A stretch of DNA of 64,000 bases from Eledone cirrhosa (Eukaryota), in assembly GCA_964016885.1 (NCBI GenBank), contig OZ024740.1:101122001-101186000 (forward strand). The letters are read 5' to 3'. Below the pieces are notes generated by a model. The model made no database searches and was not told the DNA's origin. It saw only the letters and a list, made by a program, of their open reading frames with translations. The stretch's first letter is position 1, and every line of letters starts with the position of its first letter. Shown here piece by piece: positions 25,382 to 38,310 of this stretch. A program made the position numbers and the translations under genes.

Positions 25382-25824
25382 ATTATTACCTGACAGACAA
25401 TTTCAAAGAATAATAGATACTTAATCAACAAGTCATATTTTGAAGAAGAATAACAAATAATGTATCATTGATTGGGAGATTATAAGAGAAAAAAGAATAT
25501 TTGAAACAAAAGAGAGAAAAATAATTATGAAAGTTAATAGAGGACAGTATACGAGTATGATAGAAGAGGTCATTGTTTAACTGAAAGTATGACAAAGTCA
25601 GAGTTGATATCATGCAATGAGTTGCTGCTACTGGTGCCACTGCTGCTACCAATTTAGTAGATAAATCATTGCTGCTGTGCTGAATATCAGACATCTACAC
25701 AGCTATCTCTATACTCAAACATAAGTATTTTCAGTAGTGCTTTTAACTACCTATTGGAAGAATTTGCTTACAGATACATAAATTAGAATACTATAGCAAG
25801 TAATAATTTTTCTCTTTTTCTACA

Positions 25825-26150
25825 TAATAATAATGATGATAATGATGGTGGTGGAGGTGATGGTGGTGGTGGTGATAGTGGTGCTCATTGTCGTAGTGAT
25901 GAGGATGATAATGGTGGTGATGCTCATTGTCAAAGTGATGATGATGAGGGGGACGGGGGTGATCTTTCTAACATTATCAAAAGGCCAGAAATTAGGAGCA
26001 GAAAGATGGTGATGATGGTGGTGGCGATGGTGATGGTGATGGTGATGGTGATGGTGATGGCAGTGTTTGTTGTTGTAGTGATGATGATGATGATGATAAT
26101 GGTGGTGGTGGTGCTGAAGCGCTCATTGTCGAAGTGATGATGGTGGTAGT
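25825..26150. repeat. (GAT/GGT)n compound microsatellite with internal repeats
   Basis: GGT/GAT runs with three copies of gctcattgtc..agtgatga. Confidence 0.8.
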
Positions 26151-26649
26151 ATTGGTGATTTTTCTAACATTAGCACAAGGCCAGAAATTAAGAGAAGATG
26201 GAAATAGTTGATTATAACAGCCCAAGTATTTAACTGGTATTTTATTTTATTGATATCCCAGAAGGATGAAAAGCAAATTTACCTCTGGTGTGTTTTGAAC
26301 TTAGAACATGGATTAGTTTCTGGTATTTTGGATGGTGTTTTAATGATTCTTACAAACAATTGCCCTTTCTCTGTAATAATAATAATAATAAAAATAATGA
26401 TTTCTTTATTAACCACAAGGGTTTACATAAAGTAGACATTAAGGACAGTACAGGACAATACAGGGCGGTACAAATGGGCATTTCTGCATCTAAAAAACAC
26501 AAACAGAGGATGTAACAAAAAAATAACAATGAAAAATTCCCCAATACGGGGGAGACTTCCGAGGGACATTCGTGGAGAAAGCCCATTAAAAAGCCACAGT
26601 GAACCTGACCACCAGGGCAAGTGCCCTCTCCCAGTTTTCCACCTTTAAT

Positions 26650-29533
26650 TTACAGACACATACTCAGAGTAGGCCCATTTACTCGGGCCATTCTTGCCTC
26701 TCTCACCCATCTTTCAACAAAATGCTGGGAAGAGAGCACTTCCCACTCTACCCTGATTTTCCTTTTCAAATGAAATTTGAAAAAGTTAATCAGGGCATCA
26801 CCGAAGAGGTAAGTGCTCGTCTTCAGCCCTTTCAAACGTGTCCACCATACTATCTCTTTCGCCATGGCCACCAGACAGATAAAAACTGCCTGCCCTTCCC
26901 GGCTAAAGGAAGAGGGCGGGCCAATCCTCACGATGGACTCAGCTGATAGCTGGATCCGTCCTACACGCGACAGCAGGTGTTCGACATAAACCCACAAGTC
27001 AGCAATGCTCGGACACTGGACGAGTGCGTGCAGTACGGTTTCGTCGCCCTGCGCGCATCTCGGACATGCCCGGCTGACGGCACCTCCATGCCTGTAGAGT
27101 TTATCCCGAACTGGCAAGGCTCCTCGGTAACACTGCCAGGCCAGGGATTTCTGGAAGTTGTCCATAGGCCCGGCCTGAAAGTTCTTCCAAAAAGATTGGC
27201 TAGTTGATTTTCGTCGACGCCTAGAGTTTCCCCAAGTACGTCGTCGCTCTTCCCCTCCATTAATCCTCTATAGAACGCCAAGGTGGAGTTTCCACTGATC
27301 ACATTGCCCGATTAGTCGAGGGCTGTGAGCGCCTGAAGACATTCCAGTCTCCAAGCGCTCCCTCTCCGTCTTCGCTTGACCCAGGACTGCAGCTCCGTCA
27401 AGGAGACGAGCTGGGGAAAGACGCGTTTAGCAAACGGCGACCACACCTGACCACCGTCAAGGAAGAGGTGGAGAAGTCGTAGCCAGAGCGCGTGTCTGCG
27501 CATCATCAGCCACGGCATGCCCAGCCCTCCACGTAGCAGGTGTTGACAGCAGATAGATCACCTAACCATCGGAGCGCATCCCTTCCACAAAAAGCGAAAG
27601 AGCAAACGCTCCAGTGCAGTCAAGCGAGGCTTAGGACAAGGCACAACGGTCAGGTGGTAGTAGATGACAGACGCGATGTACGCATTAGCCACCTCCGCTC
27701 GACCTTTCAGAGATAGCTTCCTCTCTGCACATTTCTGGGTGAGAGAAGCCACCCCGCTCGTTACCTCGTCCCAGTGTTTGTCCGTCTGGAGGTCCGGACC
27801 GAACCAGACCCCTAGCAATTTAACCGGTCCGACCGTCCAGCGCCCGACGACGCTGTTGGACGGCATGGATCTGCCTCTCCAGGTGCCGAGCTGCAGGCCC
27901 ACTGATTTTTCCTGGTTGATCATTGTCCTGTCACCGCTTCAAATTCTCTTAGTGTAATGCCGATCGCCTCGATGTGCTTGGCGTTCGACATCACTACGGT
28001 GACATCGTCCGCATATGCTGACACGGATCTTCTGCATCCTAGTTCACGTGAGACCCCCTCAACGTCTCCAGTATGTGCAGTAATGGCTCGAGAGTCAATA
28101 CGTACAACAAGGACGAGATGAGACAAAATGGGTGGACCGAGCGCATGATGTGGAACGGTTCCGAAAGCTGGCCGTTCACTCTCACCACAGAGCAGATGTC
28201 GCTGTGCATGGCAGCGATCCAGCCTCTGAAAACGGGCCCAAAGCCAGCCGCACTCAGGACTGCCGCTAGGTAACGATGGTCGACCCTATCGAAAGCTTTC
28301 GACTGATCTAAATTGATCAAGGACCCACCCGTGCCAAGTTCCCTAGCTACCCTCTCCACGATGTATCACATGAGGTGGAGGTTGTCGTGGATGGATCTCT
28401 CGGGAAAGGCGCAGGTCTGCGCCTCTCCCACCAGACCACCAACGACAAGCGTCAACCTCTTTGCTAGCACCTTGGTCAAAATCTTGAACTCTGTGTTTAG
28501 CAGAGTTATGGGCCTGAAATTATCTATGTTATTCCCTTGTTCGGATCCTTTCTCAGCAGCGCCACCGCTCCTCGGCTCACGGAGCTGGGAATTCTCCCGT
28601 TCTGTTGCCAGTTGCAGTAGACGTCCGCCAAGAGGCCTCCGAACAAGTCTGGCATCTGTAAAGCCTTACTAAACCTAATGGACTCTATTCTAATCGCTTT
28701 TTTCAGAGCAAACCACCACTTGTTATTGACGATGGCCCCCATCAACGCCCGCTTAACTAGTTCGCTAATCCGGTCTCTGTAGGCCTTGCGCGCTGGTAAG
28801 GACGCGTTTAGCTTCCAGTAGCCGGGTCCTCGTCTATGAAGCCTATCTAGGTCAAGCACACAGATCACGAATTTATGGTCCGTGTAGCTGATTATCTTGA
28901 ATTGTGGACAGCCTATCCTATTTCCCTACAAAATACTCTATCTAGATATGATCTGGATGACCCAATGCGGTTTGTCCAAGTCCACATTGGCACATTCGGG
29001 AAATCCAATCGGTACCTCTCAGACAGTTCAAAACGCCTGAGCAGGTTGGTGAGGCTCTTGCACCCTCCTCCCCTATCCGCTAATCCCACACAGTCCCAGC
29101 GTGCATCTAAGATCCCGTTCCGGTCGCCAACTAACACTAAAGAGCGGGTCGTTCCAAGAAAGATCTCCAGACGCCCAAAGAAATCAGGCCGCCCTGCTCC
29201 TGTCCGCGCATAGACGGCCACTAGCCTGAAAGCTTGCCCGTGTCTGCTGGTCACGTTCAGCACCAGCAAATTACCTTCTGGGTCCAGGAAGATGGCCCGT
29301 ATGGCGAGATCCAAACCTCTCCGAAAAAGCACAGCAACTCCTCCCCTCGATCCCGGACGGCTGGGAGATGCGTACACATCGTAGCCGCCGAAGATCGATG
29401 CTTCGGAGATTCTAGCCTCGCTGATGGCCACTAAATCTATGTTTAGTGACGTGAGGTCGTTGAGCAGGTGGCACTGCTTCCATGACGAACCCAAACCACG
29501 CGCATTTACGCTGCTTATTCTGAGTGAGGTCAT
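26650..29533 (-). pseudogene. Tx1-like ORF2 (APE endonuclease, RT, C-terminal zinc finger), frameshifted with an internal deletion
   Basis: SVNARGL, ISE, VYA, GD.N, SYLDR, GPGYWKLN (APE); DQSKAFDRVDH, AYADD, LLGVWFG (RT); CPRCAQGDETVLHALVQC. The linker is deleted at about 28665 relative to the 46738 copy. Confidence 0.92.
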
Positions 29534-29569
29534 GTTGAAATGGAGTGGAAAAGATGGGAAAGACCACTT

Positions 29570-31521
29570 ACCTTACTCCTCGTAGAGGAAGGATGGTTTC
29601 TCCATCCTTTTCACTGCTTGTTGATTTCTCCGGAAGGATATCCTTATAAATCCTTCTAGAGAGTGTTTGTCGGAAGTCTCCGATGTCTTTGGGGAAATTT
29701 TGTTTTAGTGTCGTGTACGTTTTCTGTGTGATGCGAGTGATTTGTATGCGTGGAGGTGGTGTGAACTTTTGGGGGTTGTGTAGTCTTTTTCTGTGATGCT
29801 GGTGTTGTGTTGGATGTAGTGTAATAATTGGTTGTTGTTCACATTTAATGCGGTGTAGTGTGTATCGTTTTGGTTGTTTTGTTTTGTTTGCGTTTGTTGT
29901 GGGTTTGTTTCTGTTTCGCTTTTTGGTGACTTTTGTGGTGTTGGTAATGTTGGTGATGGTGTTGGTGTTTGTGGTTATGGGGTAGGTGATGCTGGTGTGG
30001 ATGGTGGCATAGCTGTCTTAACTTTTTTGTTTGATAGTTTATTTGTTTCCCTCTGTATTTTGTTTTTGGAGGATTAAGGAAGAGGATTTTTTCATTTTTG
30101 GCTTCTTTTTCCTTTTTTCTTTTTTTCTGATACCGTTTCCCACTCCTCGTCGTCACAATCTGTCTCCAGTTGCGATAGGTCGGGGAGTGGAAAATCCTCA
30201 ACAGGCGTTGGTCTTGGTTGTGGCGTGGTGGATGGTGTAGGCGCTGGTGCTAGTTCTGGTGCGTTGGGTGGTGGTGGTGTTGGTTTTGCTACTGTTTCTG
30301 GGGTTGTTGCTGCTACAGTTGCTTCTGTTGTTGCTGCTACAGTTGCTTCTGTTGTTGCTGCTACAGTTGTTGCTGCCAATTCTGCTGCTGGTGGTGTTGA
30401 TGGTTGAGTCACTGGGGTGGGTAAGAGAGGTGGCCTCAACTTTTTAGCCTGAGGGCAGAAAGCCTTTAGGTGGGTTCCTTCACTACAAACGACACACCTA
30501 GGCCTTTTACCCTCGACGATTACGGTGAGGTGGCTGCCGTCAGTGAGGTCTATTACCTCTTGGAACTCCTCAATGCTTTTTTGGTCCGCTTGGATCAGGA
30601 GCTCCATCCCAGATCCGGACCAGTTCTCCTGCTTTTCTTTTGCTATTTCTATTATTTTGGTGTTGGCCTCGACGCCGGCGTGGACGGCAACCATTAGCTA
30701 GGGAATTTCGATGGCCGGTGGAACGTGGGTCACCTTGATCTTTACGAGTCTCTGGCCACAATAGCTTGGGACGAGTGTGAAGTCGTCGCTTCTTAATGGG
30801 GCCATGGAGTGCTCTCTGGCATCCTCTGGTGTTCCAAAGAACACGTCCACGGTTCCATATTTCTGCCCACGTCTGATGTGGGTTTTTTTTGCCCACACAT
30901 GTTCCAAAGCTTTTTGGATTTGGGACTCGGATGCCCGTTCCACTCGGCGCGATTTTATGTTAATCGTCCGATAAGACACGGTGCATAGGCGCCGATGGTC
31001 CATTTTATTAGGTGGGGGGAGGGGAGACTGACGCTGTACCCATTTTTCTTTACCATTTTTTTGGCTTCTTCTAATTCCTCCTGAGATACCTGGAATGCTT
31101 CGCACTTTTTTGCTACTCTGGCAAAAGACAGGGTGGTTTTCTTATTCTTATTGTTGCTGTTGTTGTTATCGTTATTTTTGTTATTGTTAATTTTAGTTTC
31201 AGTTGTGGTGGTGGTGGTGGCGTCAGTAGTGTTCGGTATGGAAGAGTTCATTCTGGGTGAAATCATTTCGATATCACGAGATAATTTATTTTTTTCTTTT
31301 GCTTCTGTTGTCGCTGTGGTGGTGGTGGGCGTGGCGGCTTCAACACCTGCAGTCATTGGTAATGGCGGGAAATGAATGTCTGCATGAGACAAATTTAAAT
31401 TATTGCTACTGCTTATATTTTTAGTGTTGGCAAACGTAGTAATATTTACAATGGTGGTGTTGGTGTGAGGTGTTAGTTTGTGAGGAAGGTTGTCAGCCTG
31501 GTGTAGCTGTGGGTCGTCCAT
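29570..31521 (-). pseudogene. Tx1-like ORF1 (gag-like, CCHC knuckle), broken
   Basis: ORF pieces 30955..31521, 30698..31105, 30092..30694; SFARVA motif; CVVCSEGTHLKAFC (Cx2Cx4Hx4C); Pro/Thr-rich tail. Confidence 0.8.
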
Positions 31522-31775
31522 GTTTTTTTCAAGCTAATTTTTTTTTGATAATTATAAAAGTTTAAATGTTGGGCTCAAGGCCCCAATCTTTTTGAGTGTC
31601 CTTTTCCGAAAGCAAATTATGTGACCTTATAAACACTTAACAACAAAAATTTCCATAAATGGCAATTTGAAACAACTGAAAACAACAAACATTTGCGGAG
31701 CTCACGATGATACAATTTCCTACGTAGGTCGCCGATAATAATAATAATAATAATATTAATAATAATAATAAAAAA

Positions 31776-33032
31776 AATGAAGGAATTGTTAAGAACTGAA
31801 TACATTCGGAGAGTAAGGAGCGTATTGAAGTCACATCTGAACAGCAGAAATGCCATAAGCGCAGTAAATTCCCGAGCTGTGTCTATTATTAGGTACAGTG
31901 CGGGAATTCTGAGATGGAATGTTGCTGAACAAAAAGAAATGGATAGGAAGACTAGGAAGCTATTGACTATCTACAACATGTTCCACAAGAGGAGTGATGT
32001 CGATAGACTCTACCTAAGGAGATCTGAGGGTGGAAGAGGTCTTATCAGCATAGAGGACTGTGTTCAGATGGAGAAAAACAACCTATACAAATACGTGACC
32101 TATAGTAAGGAGCCAATGCTCAGAGCTGTACTGAAGGAGGGGAGAGTAGGCCAGGGGATACCCAAGGAGGAAATAACATCAAGGAGGAAGAGCAGCCTTA
32201 AGGGAAAATCCCTTCATAGTACCTTCTTTGAGAAAACTGAATTTAGAGATCCACAGACATGGAACTGGTTGAGAAGAGGAGACCTCAAAAAGGCTACAGA
32301 AGGAATGCTAATGGCTGCGCAGGAGCAGGCCCTCAAAACGAAGTGGTTGAAGCACCATATCTACAAGGAGGAGGCTAGCCCACTGTGCAGGATCTGTGGA
32401 GAGAGAGAGGAGACTGTGGCTCACATTGTGTCCGAGTGTAAACACCTAGCCCAGACCCACTATAAGGGCTGGAGACACGATGTGATGGGCAGGGTGATCC
32501 ACTGGCACCTGTGCAAAGTAAACAATCTACCACATTCTGAGAAATGGTATGAGCATAGGCCAGAGGCGGTGATGGAGAACAGTCAGGTGAAGGTGCTGTG
32601 GGATTTTAGGATACAGACGGACAAAAAACTGGAACACAATAGACCTGACCTGGTGGTTGTGGACAAAGAAAAAAGATCGTGCCTGATTGTGGATGTGGCC
32701 TGCCCGTTCGACACGAGAGTGCAAGAGAAGGAGAGGGAGAAAATTAACCGATACCAGGACCTAAAGTGGGAGGTGAAAAGGATTTGGAACTGCCATGAAG
32801 TCAAAGTGATCCCGATTGTCATAGGCGCACTGGGGACTATCTCCAAAGGTTTCCAGGGATGGTTAAAGAAAATCGGCCCCTTCACGCTTTTTGGAACGCT
32901 TCAAAAGGCATGCTTGCTTGGAACGGCAAGAACCCTCCGATACGTCCTGAATATCTGAGGCTGCAGGTAGTGGCTTGATATTCAATCCAACGGACTTTCC
33001 AGTTAACCAACATCAATGACTGAGATTCAAGG
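31776..33032 (+). mobile_element. R4/Dong-like non-LTR retrotransposon, 3' fragment (RLE endonuclease)
   Basis: Open 393-aa ORF 31777..32958: RLYL.R.EGGRGL, AAQEQAL, CRICGEREETVAHIVSEC (CCHC), RHD, WDF.IQTD...NRPDLVV, K..RYQDL, IPIVIGALG. Flanked on both sides by (AAT)n. Confidence 0.9.
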
Positions 33033-33068
33033 AATAACAATAACAATAATAATAATAATAACAATAAT

Positions 33069-33345
33069 GGTTTCTTTATTGGCCACAAGGCCTAACATGA
33101 AGAAAAACATTACAGACGGCACAGAACGGTACAGGACGATACAAAGTGGGTTTTGGCCATGTAAAAAGATTATAACAAGATAGAAATTTAAAAAAATTCA
33201 AACAACAAAAATTCCCCAAAAAGGGGGAAACCTCCGAGGGTCACTCGTGGCAAAAACCACACAAAAGGCTACGGCCACCCTGACCGCCAGGGCAAGCACG
33301 CTCTCTCAGTTTTCCCACTCCTCAGTCTACATGCGCATAGTCAGA
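33069..33345 (-). mobile_element. Tx1-like LINE 3'-terminal fragment
   Basis: Colinear with 26399-26670 (ttcccc...cctccgaggg..ctcgtgg...ctgacc.ccagggcaag); ends in (ATT)n. Confidence 0.85.
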
Positions 33346-33985
33346 TTTCTACTTTAGGCACAAGGCCAGTAATTTTGGGGAGGGGAACCCCATTACTGAT
33401 GCTTTATTCTATCACATCAGTAATGCACTAGGGTTGATAATAATAATAACTTCCATCCTTGTCCTGAGATGAACTTAGAAATCGAGATACTACAGCATCG
33501 GTTAGCTTCGAAGGGCTCTAGTGGAAATATATCAGTCAAATACTGGAATCAATTTAATTGAAGACTACTCTCTCCACCATTAACCATTTGTAATGAATAA
33601 ACAGGAAATATCTAAAAATTTGTTATTTCAAATGTTTATAGTATATTTACTAGTGAACAAATCACTTGAAAATTGATATAGTAAAGACTTTTCATTTTTT
33701 ATTCCATTCAGCCATAGTGCTGTTTTGCACTTTTGAAGAATGTCATGTTTTTCCCATGTGGTTTCATGTGGTACATTATGTTAAAAGTTAAATAAAATGT
33801 AAAATATTTCTAATGAATATTTCTCCAAAAGAGAACAGCTCTCAAAGAGCCCCAGAAATGTTGAATAAGAATTGGCTCAGATCGTGAAAATCCATCCAAC
33901 CCATGCCAAAATGAAAAGTGATAATGAAATAATGATGATGATGATGGCAACATATAACTCTGTGAGAAGTCTACATATTTACAGA

Positions 33986-34121
33986 TTACAGCTGTAATTT
34001 CAGACTGTGTAATATTATGCATGTTAAAAACTACAGCTATAACTTCACATTCTGTAAAATTATATATGTTTAACTACAGCTAAACTTCAGATTGTGTAAC
34101 ATTATATATGTTAAACTACAG
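33986..34121. repeat. Minisatellite of about 43 bp, about 3 copies
   Basis: actacagctataacttcacattctgtaaaattatatatgtt-like unit repeated. Confidence 0.75.
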
Positions 34122-34124
34122 TCA

Positions 34125-35740
34125 TCGTCATAATCATCATCGTTTTTATATCTGTTTTTCCACATTTTCATGGGTTGGACAGATCCTTCTCAGCACAACA
34201 TCTTTCCATTCGCCATGTTACTTCGCCAGCTCCTCTGTGAGTCTCATCAATTTATGATCAGCTCTCACCATCTCTGCCTAGGTGTTTCTTAGTCTACCTC
34301 AACTGTGGCTTTCACTGGGATTTCCTAGCACTTCTTCACCCAGGAATCATCATTCATGCACATACTATGCCCATACCAATGTAGTCTTCTCTCTTGCACA
34401 CCCCTTAAACACAGTTTCTTCCACAATTCATCCAAGTTCTGACTTCCTCTCGCAATTACGTTGTTCATCCAACGAAACATTTTTCTTTCACTTCTCTCCA
34501 GCCTACACATGTCCTCTTCAGTCACTGCCCATGTTTCACTACCATGCAGCATTGCACTTTGCACACAGGCATCAATGAATCACTCTGTTGTATGAAAAGA
34601 AAAACCGTTTGTTTTCAACAGTGACAGTAGCTCTCTAAACTTCTTCCATCCTATCCTTTTTCTAACTATGATACTCTCAGAGCACCCTCCTCAACTGCTA
34701 ATTAGGTCACCTACATAGTAGAAGCTATGAACCACTTCTATGGATCCTTCATATATTTGGAAAAGTTTTATATCATTTACACTCTTCCCATCAATTACTA
34801 CTGTGCAACTTTTACATACAAATTCTTCCTTCTTCCTTTATTGTTAGTCAACCTGATATTCTACTATAACTCTTGTGTATCTTGTGTACATCGTATAGAG
34901 TCTAAGACTACTCCCTTTCTACATATTAAGCAGGGCCACTTCCCTGAGATAATCAGGGCCTACCTTCTTTCCTACTTATTAGCATTTTAGCTTTGGCTAA
35001 GTTTAATCTCAGACACTTTGATTCCCAATTATCTTTCTATAGATGGAACTTATCTTTAGTTCTTTTTATGGATTCAGCTATAAGGACCAGATCACTGGCA
35101 TAGAGAAATCCCCGTGGACAGCCAGTTTAAATTTAATTGTTATGGTCTGGAGAACTATCATGAACAACAGTGGGCTAAAAACTGAACCCTAATGAACTCC
35201 TACCTGTACTAAGAATTCCTCACTTCCTACTCTCTCTTTACTGACAACTCCTCTATCCATGGATTGCACTGCTGTCATAAACCATTCTTCTACACCTACA
35301 TTTTTTAGGACCACCAGATAAAAGATTGTGGTACTCTGTGAAAGGCCTTTTATAGATCAACAAAAGCTAAATGTAGCAGTTTATTCTTGGTTAGGAACTA
35401 CTCTTCTTGTTGTTTCACTGGTATTTTTCCTGGGCATGAAACTAAATCTCATCTAATTTTACTCTTTCCCTAAGTAACTGTACTATAACGCTTTCTGTTA
35501 CTTTCATAACTTGGTCCATTAGATTTATTCCTCTATAGTTTCTCCTTTCTAGGGAATCACCTTTACCCTTGTAGGAATTTATAATTATTTAGCTGCACCA
35601 GTCATTGAGCATGACGCCGTCCTGTATTACCTTATTGACTATGCTGGTTACTAATTTGACTCTTACTTCTCCTGATGCTTTTAGCATCTCAGAAACTATC
35701 TCTGATTGTCCCACAGCTTTACCACTCTTCATCTCCTTAT
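34125..35740 (-). mobile_element. Old degraded RTE LINE
   Basis: AMLHGSETWA...RRLHWYGH (ORF 34325..34564); GVH.GSVFSPLLF (~35200); KGKGDSL...YRGINL (~35560); (GAT)n-type tail at ~34130. Confidence 0.85.
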
Positions 35741-37874
35741 GGCAGACAACATCATTCTTTGTGTTCAAGAAACACCATTTATCATTTTTATTTAACTCAA
35801 TCTTGATTGAACAGATATATTATTCAAGCATATATTATTTGGCCTTTGTCTATCACAGGTAAAATCCATTGTTAGTACATGGTATTTGGATATTATCTCT
35901 CAAATAAAACTTCCATTGTAAACATATGGTATTTATTATACAATGGTTGTCACCCTTAGCAGCCTAATTTCCTTTGAACCATACCCTAATTTCATAAAGT
36001 AAAGGAAGAACACCTTGAATAATATAGTCATAGATATCCATATCCAGAACCCTTTCATCCATAGGTGGTCTGCTCAATCGGGGCTAATCTGAGGTTATAT
36101 TACTCAGTCACTTTCTCATCTCACTTGTACTCAGTCTTCCATGTAATGTCTGAATTGTGGTTTGAATAAATAACACTTGACTTGGATAAAACAACCTCCA
36201 TATATTTTGTTGATATATTATACATATGTCACTGACATGGACATTTATAAGACAGCAAGGTAAAGTTGAAGAGATATTTGGCTGCAATTTCTAACAATGG
36301 CCATGTGCAAGCTCTTTCATATAGAATTTGTTGTGTTAGATGGATGAGATGAAGTTTCATTTCATTAAATTTATTTATTAAAATATAGAGCATAGAGTAA
36401 CGAACACCCTCCAGTTATGTCCAGGAAATGACAACCGCTCTAGAGCTTGTGCCATAACAAAATACAACCAATATATGCTGTAACGTTTGTTACAAACGGT
36501 ATCCACCCAGTGAGACAATGGCATTCATGATGCATATGATTGAGACATGTTCCCCTAACCCATCTAGAACAGTAATTCTAATTAAGTATTTTCTTGGACA
36601 GTAATGCTAGTATGGAAAATGAATATAAAATATTGGTAGTAATAGTGGGGGAGGGTGATTGTGATAATGATGATGAGGTTGGTGAGAGTGACTATAATGA
36701 TGATGATCATGATAATGCAGAATGGAGGTAGTGGGGTTTTAGAAATAATGGTTCTAGTTAAGTGAAAGAATCAGACGAGAGTTATTGAAGGAGGAAAGAA
36801 AAAAAGAGAGATAAATATGACGTTTTGATATTTTAGTCTTGCTAACCTCTTTAAATCCTAACTTATTCCAAAAGTCATTCCATATTACGATTGTTCCATT
36901 TCCAGCTCTGCCATTCCAATCTTCTAACAATATTTCAAACACCCATATTGTGAATCAATTAATTATGGTTATATGGTTCTTAGCTCAGGATTTCGTTTAA
37001 TACATAATCATTCTCTTTCTATCAAGTATGATTTATCATTTGGTCAAACATCAATCTTTTCACTATTTGTTCATTGATTTCTTTCCCCTATTTCAGGTTT
37101 TCTGCTCCCACCACCACTATCAATATCTATTCTGTATACTCTTGTTATTTGTCTATTGTTTGATTTTCTTTCTGTCTCTTTCCACTCCATATTTTTCTAC
37201 CCTTTTTTTTTATCATACATGTCATCTCATCAACTTTATCACCTGGCATATCTTTCAGCTGGCAATATTTGACATTGAGTCTAAATTTATTATTTTTTGT
37301 TGTTGTTTCATCTAGCACTCTGTACTTGACCCCTAGTTTATGCCTGTTGACACCGCAAGTTCATTACAGATAGTTTGTTCACAGTATATTTATTCACACA
37401 GATTTGCTTTAACAGGCAGTGTTTAATGTGCTGGCTTCTCAAGTTATCATACGCAAATCACTCATTTTAAAATAAATATTGATTACAATAGGGGATCGTG
37501 TTTATTCAGTCAGCAGAAACAAATAATCATAGCTGAAAGATTTATAACATCACAGACTCCATTTTGTTGTTATGTTGTTGGTTTGAGATGATAGCCATAT
37601 CGAGTTAACCAGTTAACTGATGCTGGAAATAAATTTCAGCAAGTTACCTCTTCTAAATCAAGTAAGCTGAGATATGCAAGATATCTGATAATTTATGTTA
37701 GTGAAAGTGAATTTAATATTCTTCTTGTGATCATTATTATCATTGAGACTAAATTGGTTATATTTAATTAATATCAGCCATCGTTTCTCTTATCTTAATG
37801 GTGTGAAGATACGACTGGGTATATAACTCTATTGCTTAACGAATGGTTTAATCAACACAGGGATATATGTGTGT

Positions 37875-38310
37875 GCAGTGGATGGCAACAGAATCGGTAC
37901 AGCATTAGACAAAATGCCTTATGATGTTTAGTTCCCATCTGGTTTTTTTTTTTAGTTCAAATCCTGCTGAGGTCAACCTTCTCTTTGTTTCATCATTCTG
38001 GGTTCAATAAAATATATGCCTTTGAAATAATGGGGATGTCTAAATTAGCTTCATTCCTTTCTAAAGTTCTTTGAGCTTCTGCTTATATTAAGAACCATTA
38101 TTATTGGATTGGCAGTATCAGCAGAGCATCAGACAACATGCTTTGCATTCTAGAATTACAGCCCTTTATATTCTGAGTTCAAATCCCGCTGAGATTAGCT
38201 TTGCCTTTCATCCTTACAGGGTCGATAAAATAAAGCTGGGGTCGATTTAATCGACTTTCTCCTACCCCAAAAATTGTTGGCTTTGTGCTTAAAGTAGAAA
38301 CAATTATTAT
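37875..38310 (+). mobile_element. Two tandem Meta/MESC-type SINEs (one old)
   Basis: gttcaaatcc.gctgag...tttcatc motifs at ~37955 and ~38177; tails ending agaaccatta and agaaacaatta. Confidence 0.75.

Larger units (their letters stand above)
26399..31734 (-). mobile_element. Nearly full-length L1/Tx1-like non-LTR retrotransposon (inactive)
   Basis: 5' UTR from about 31734; ORF1 from 31521; ORF2 from 29533; 3' end ...CCTTGTGGTTAATAAAGAAATC followed by (ATT)n. Both ends abut (AAT)n tracts. Confidence 0.93.

Noticed and set aside
25425-25694. 89-aa minus-strand ORF MSDIQHSS...
   Set aside because: No domain, runs into AT-rich low-complexity sequence, no convincing splice sites.
36754-36942. 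62-aa minus-strand ORF with a possible donor
   Set aside because: In-frame stop just upstream, no acceptor, no recognisable domain.
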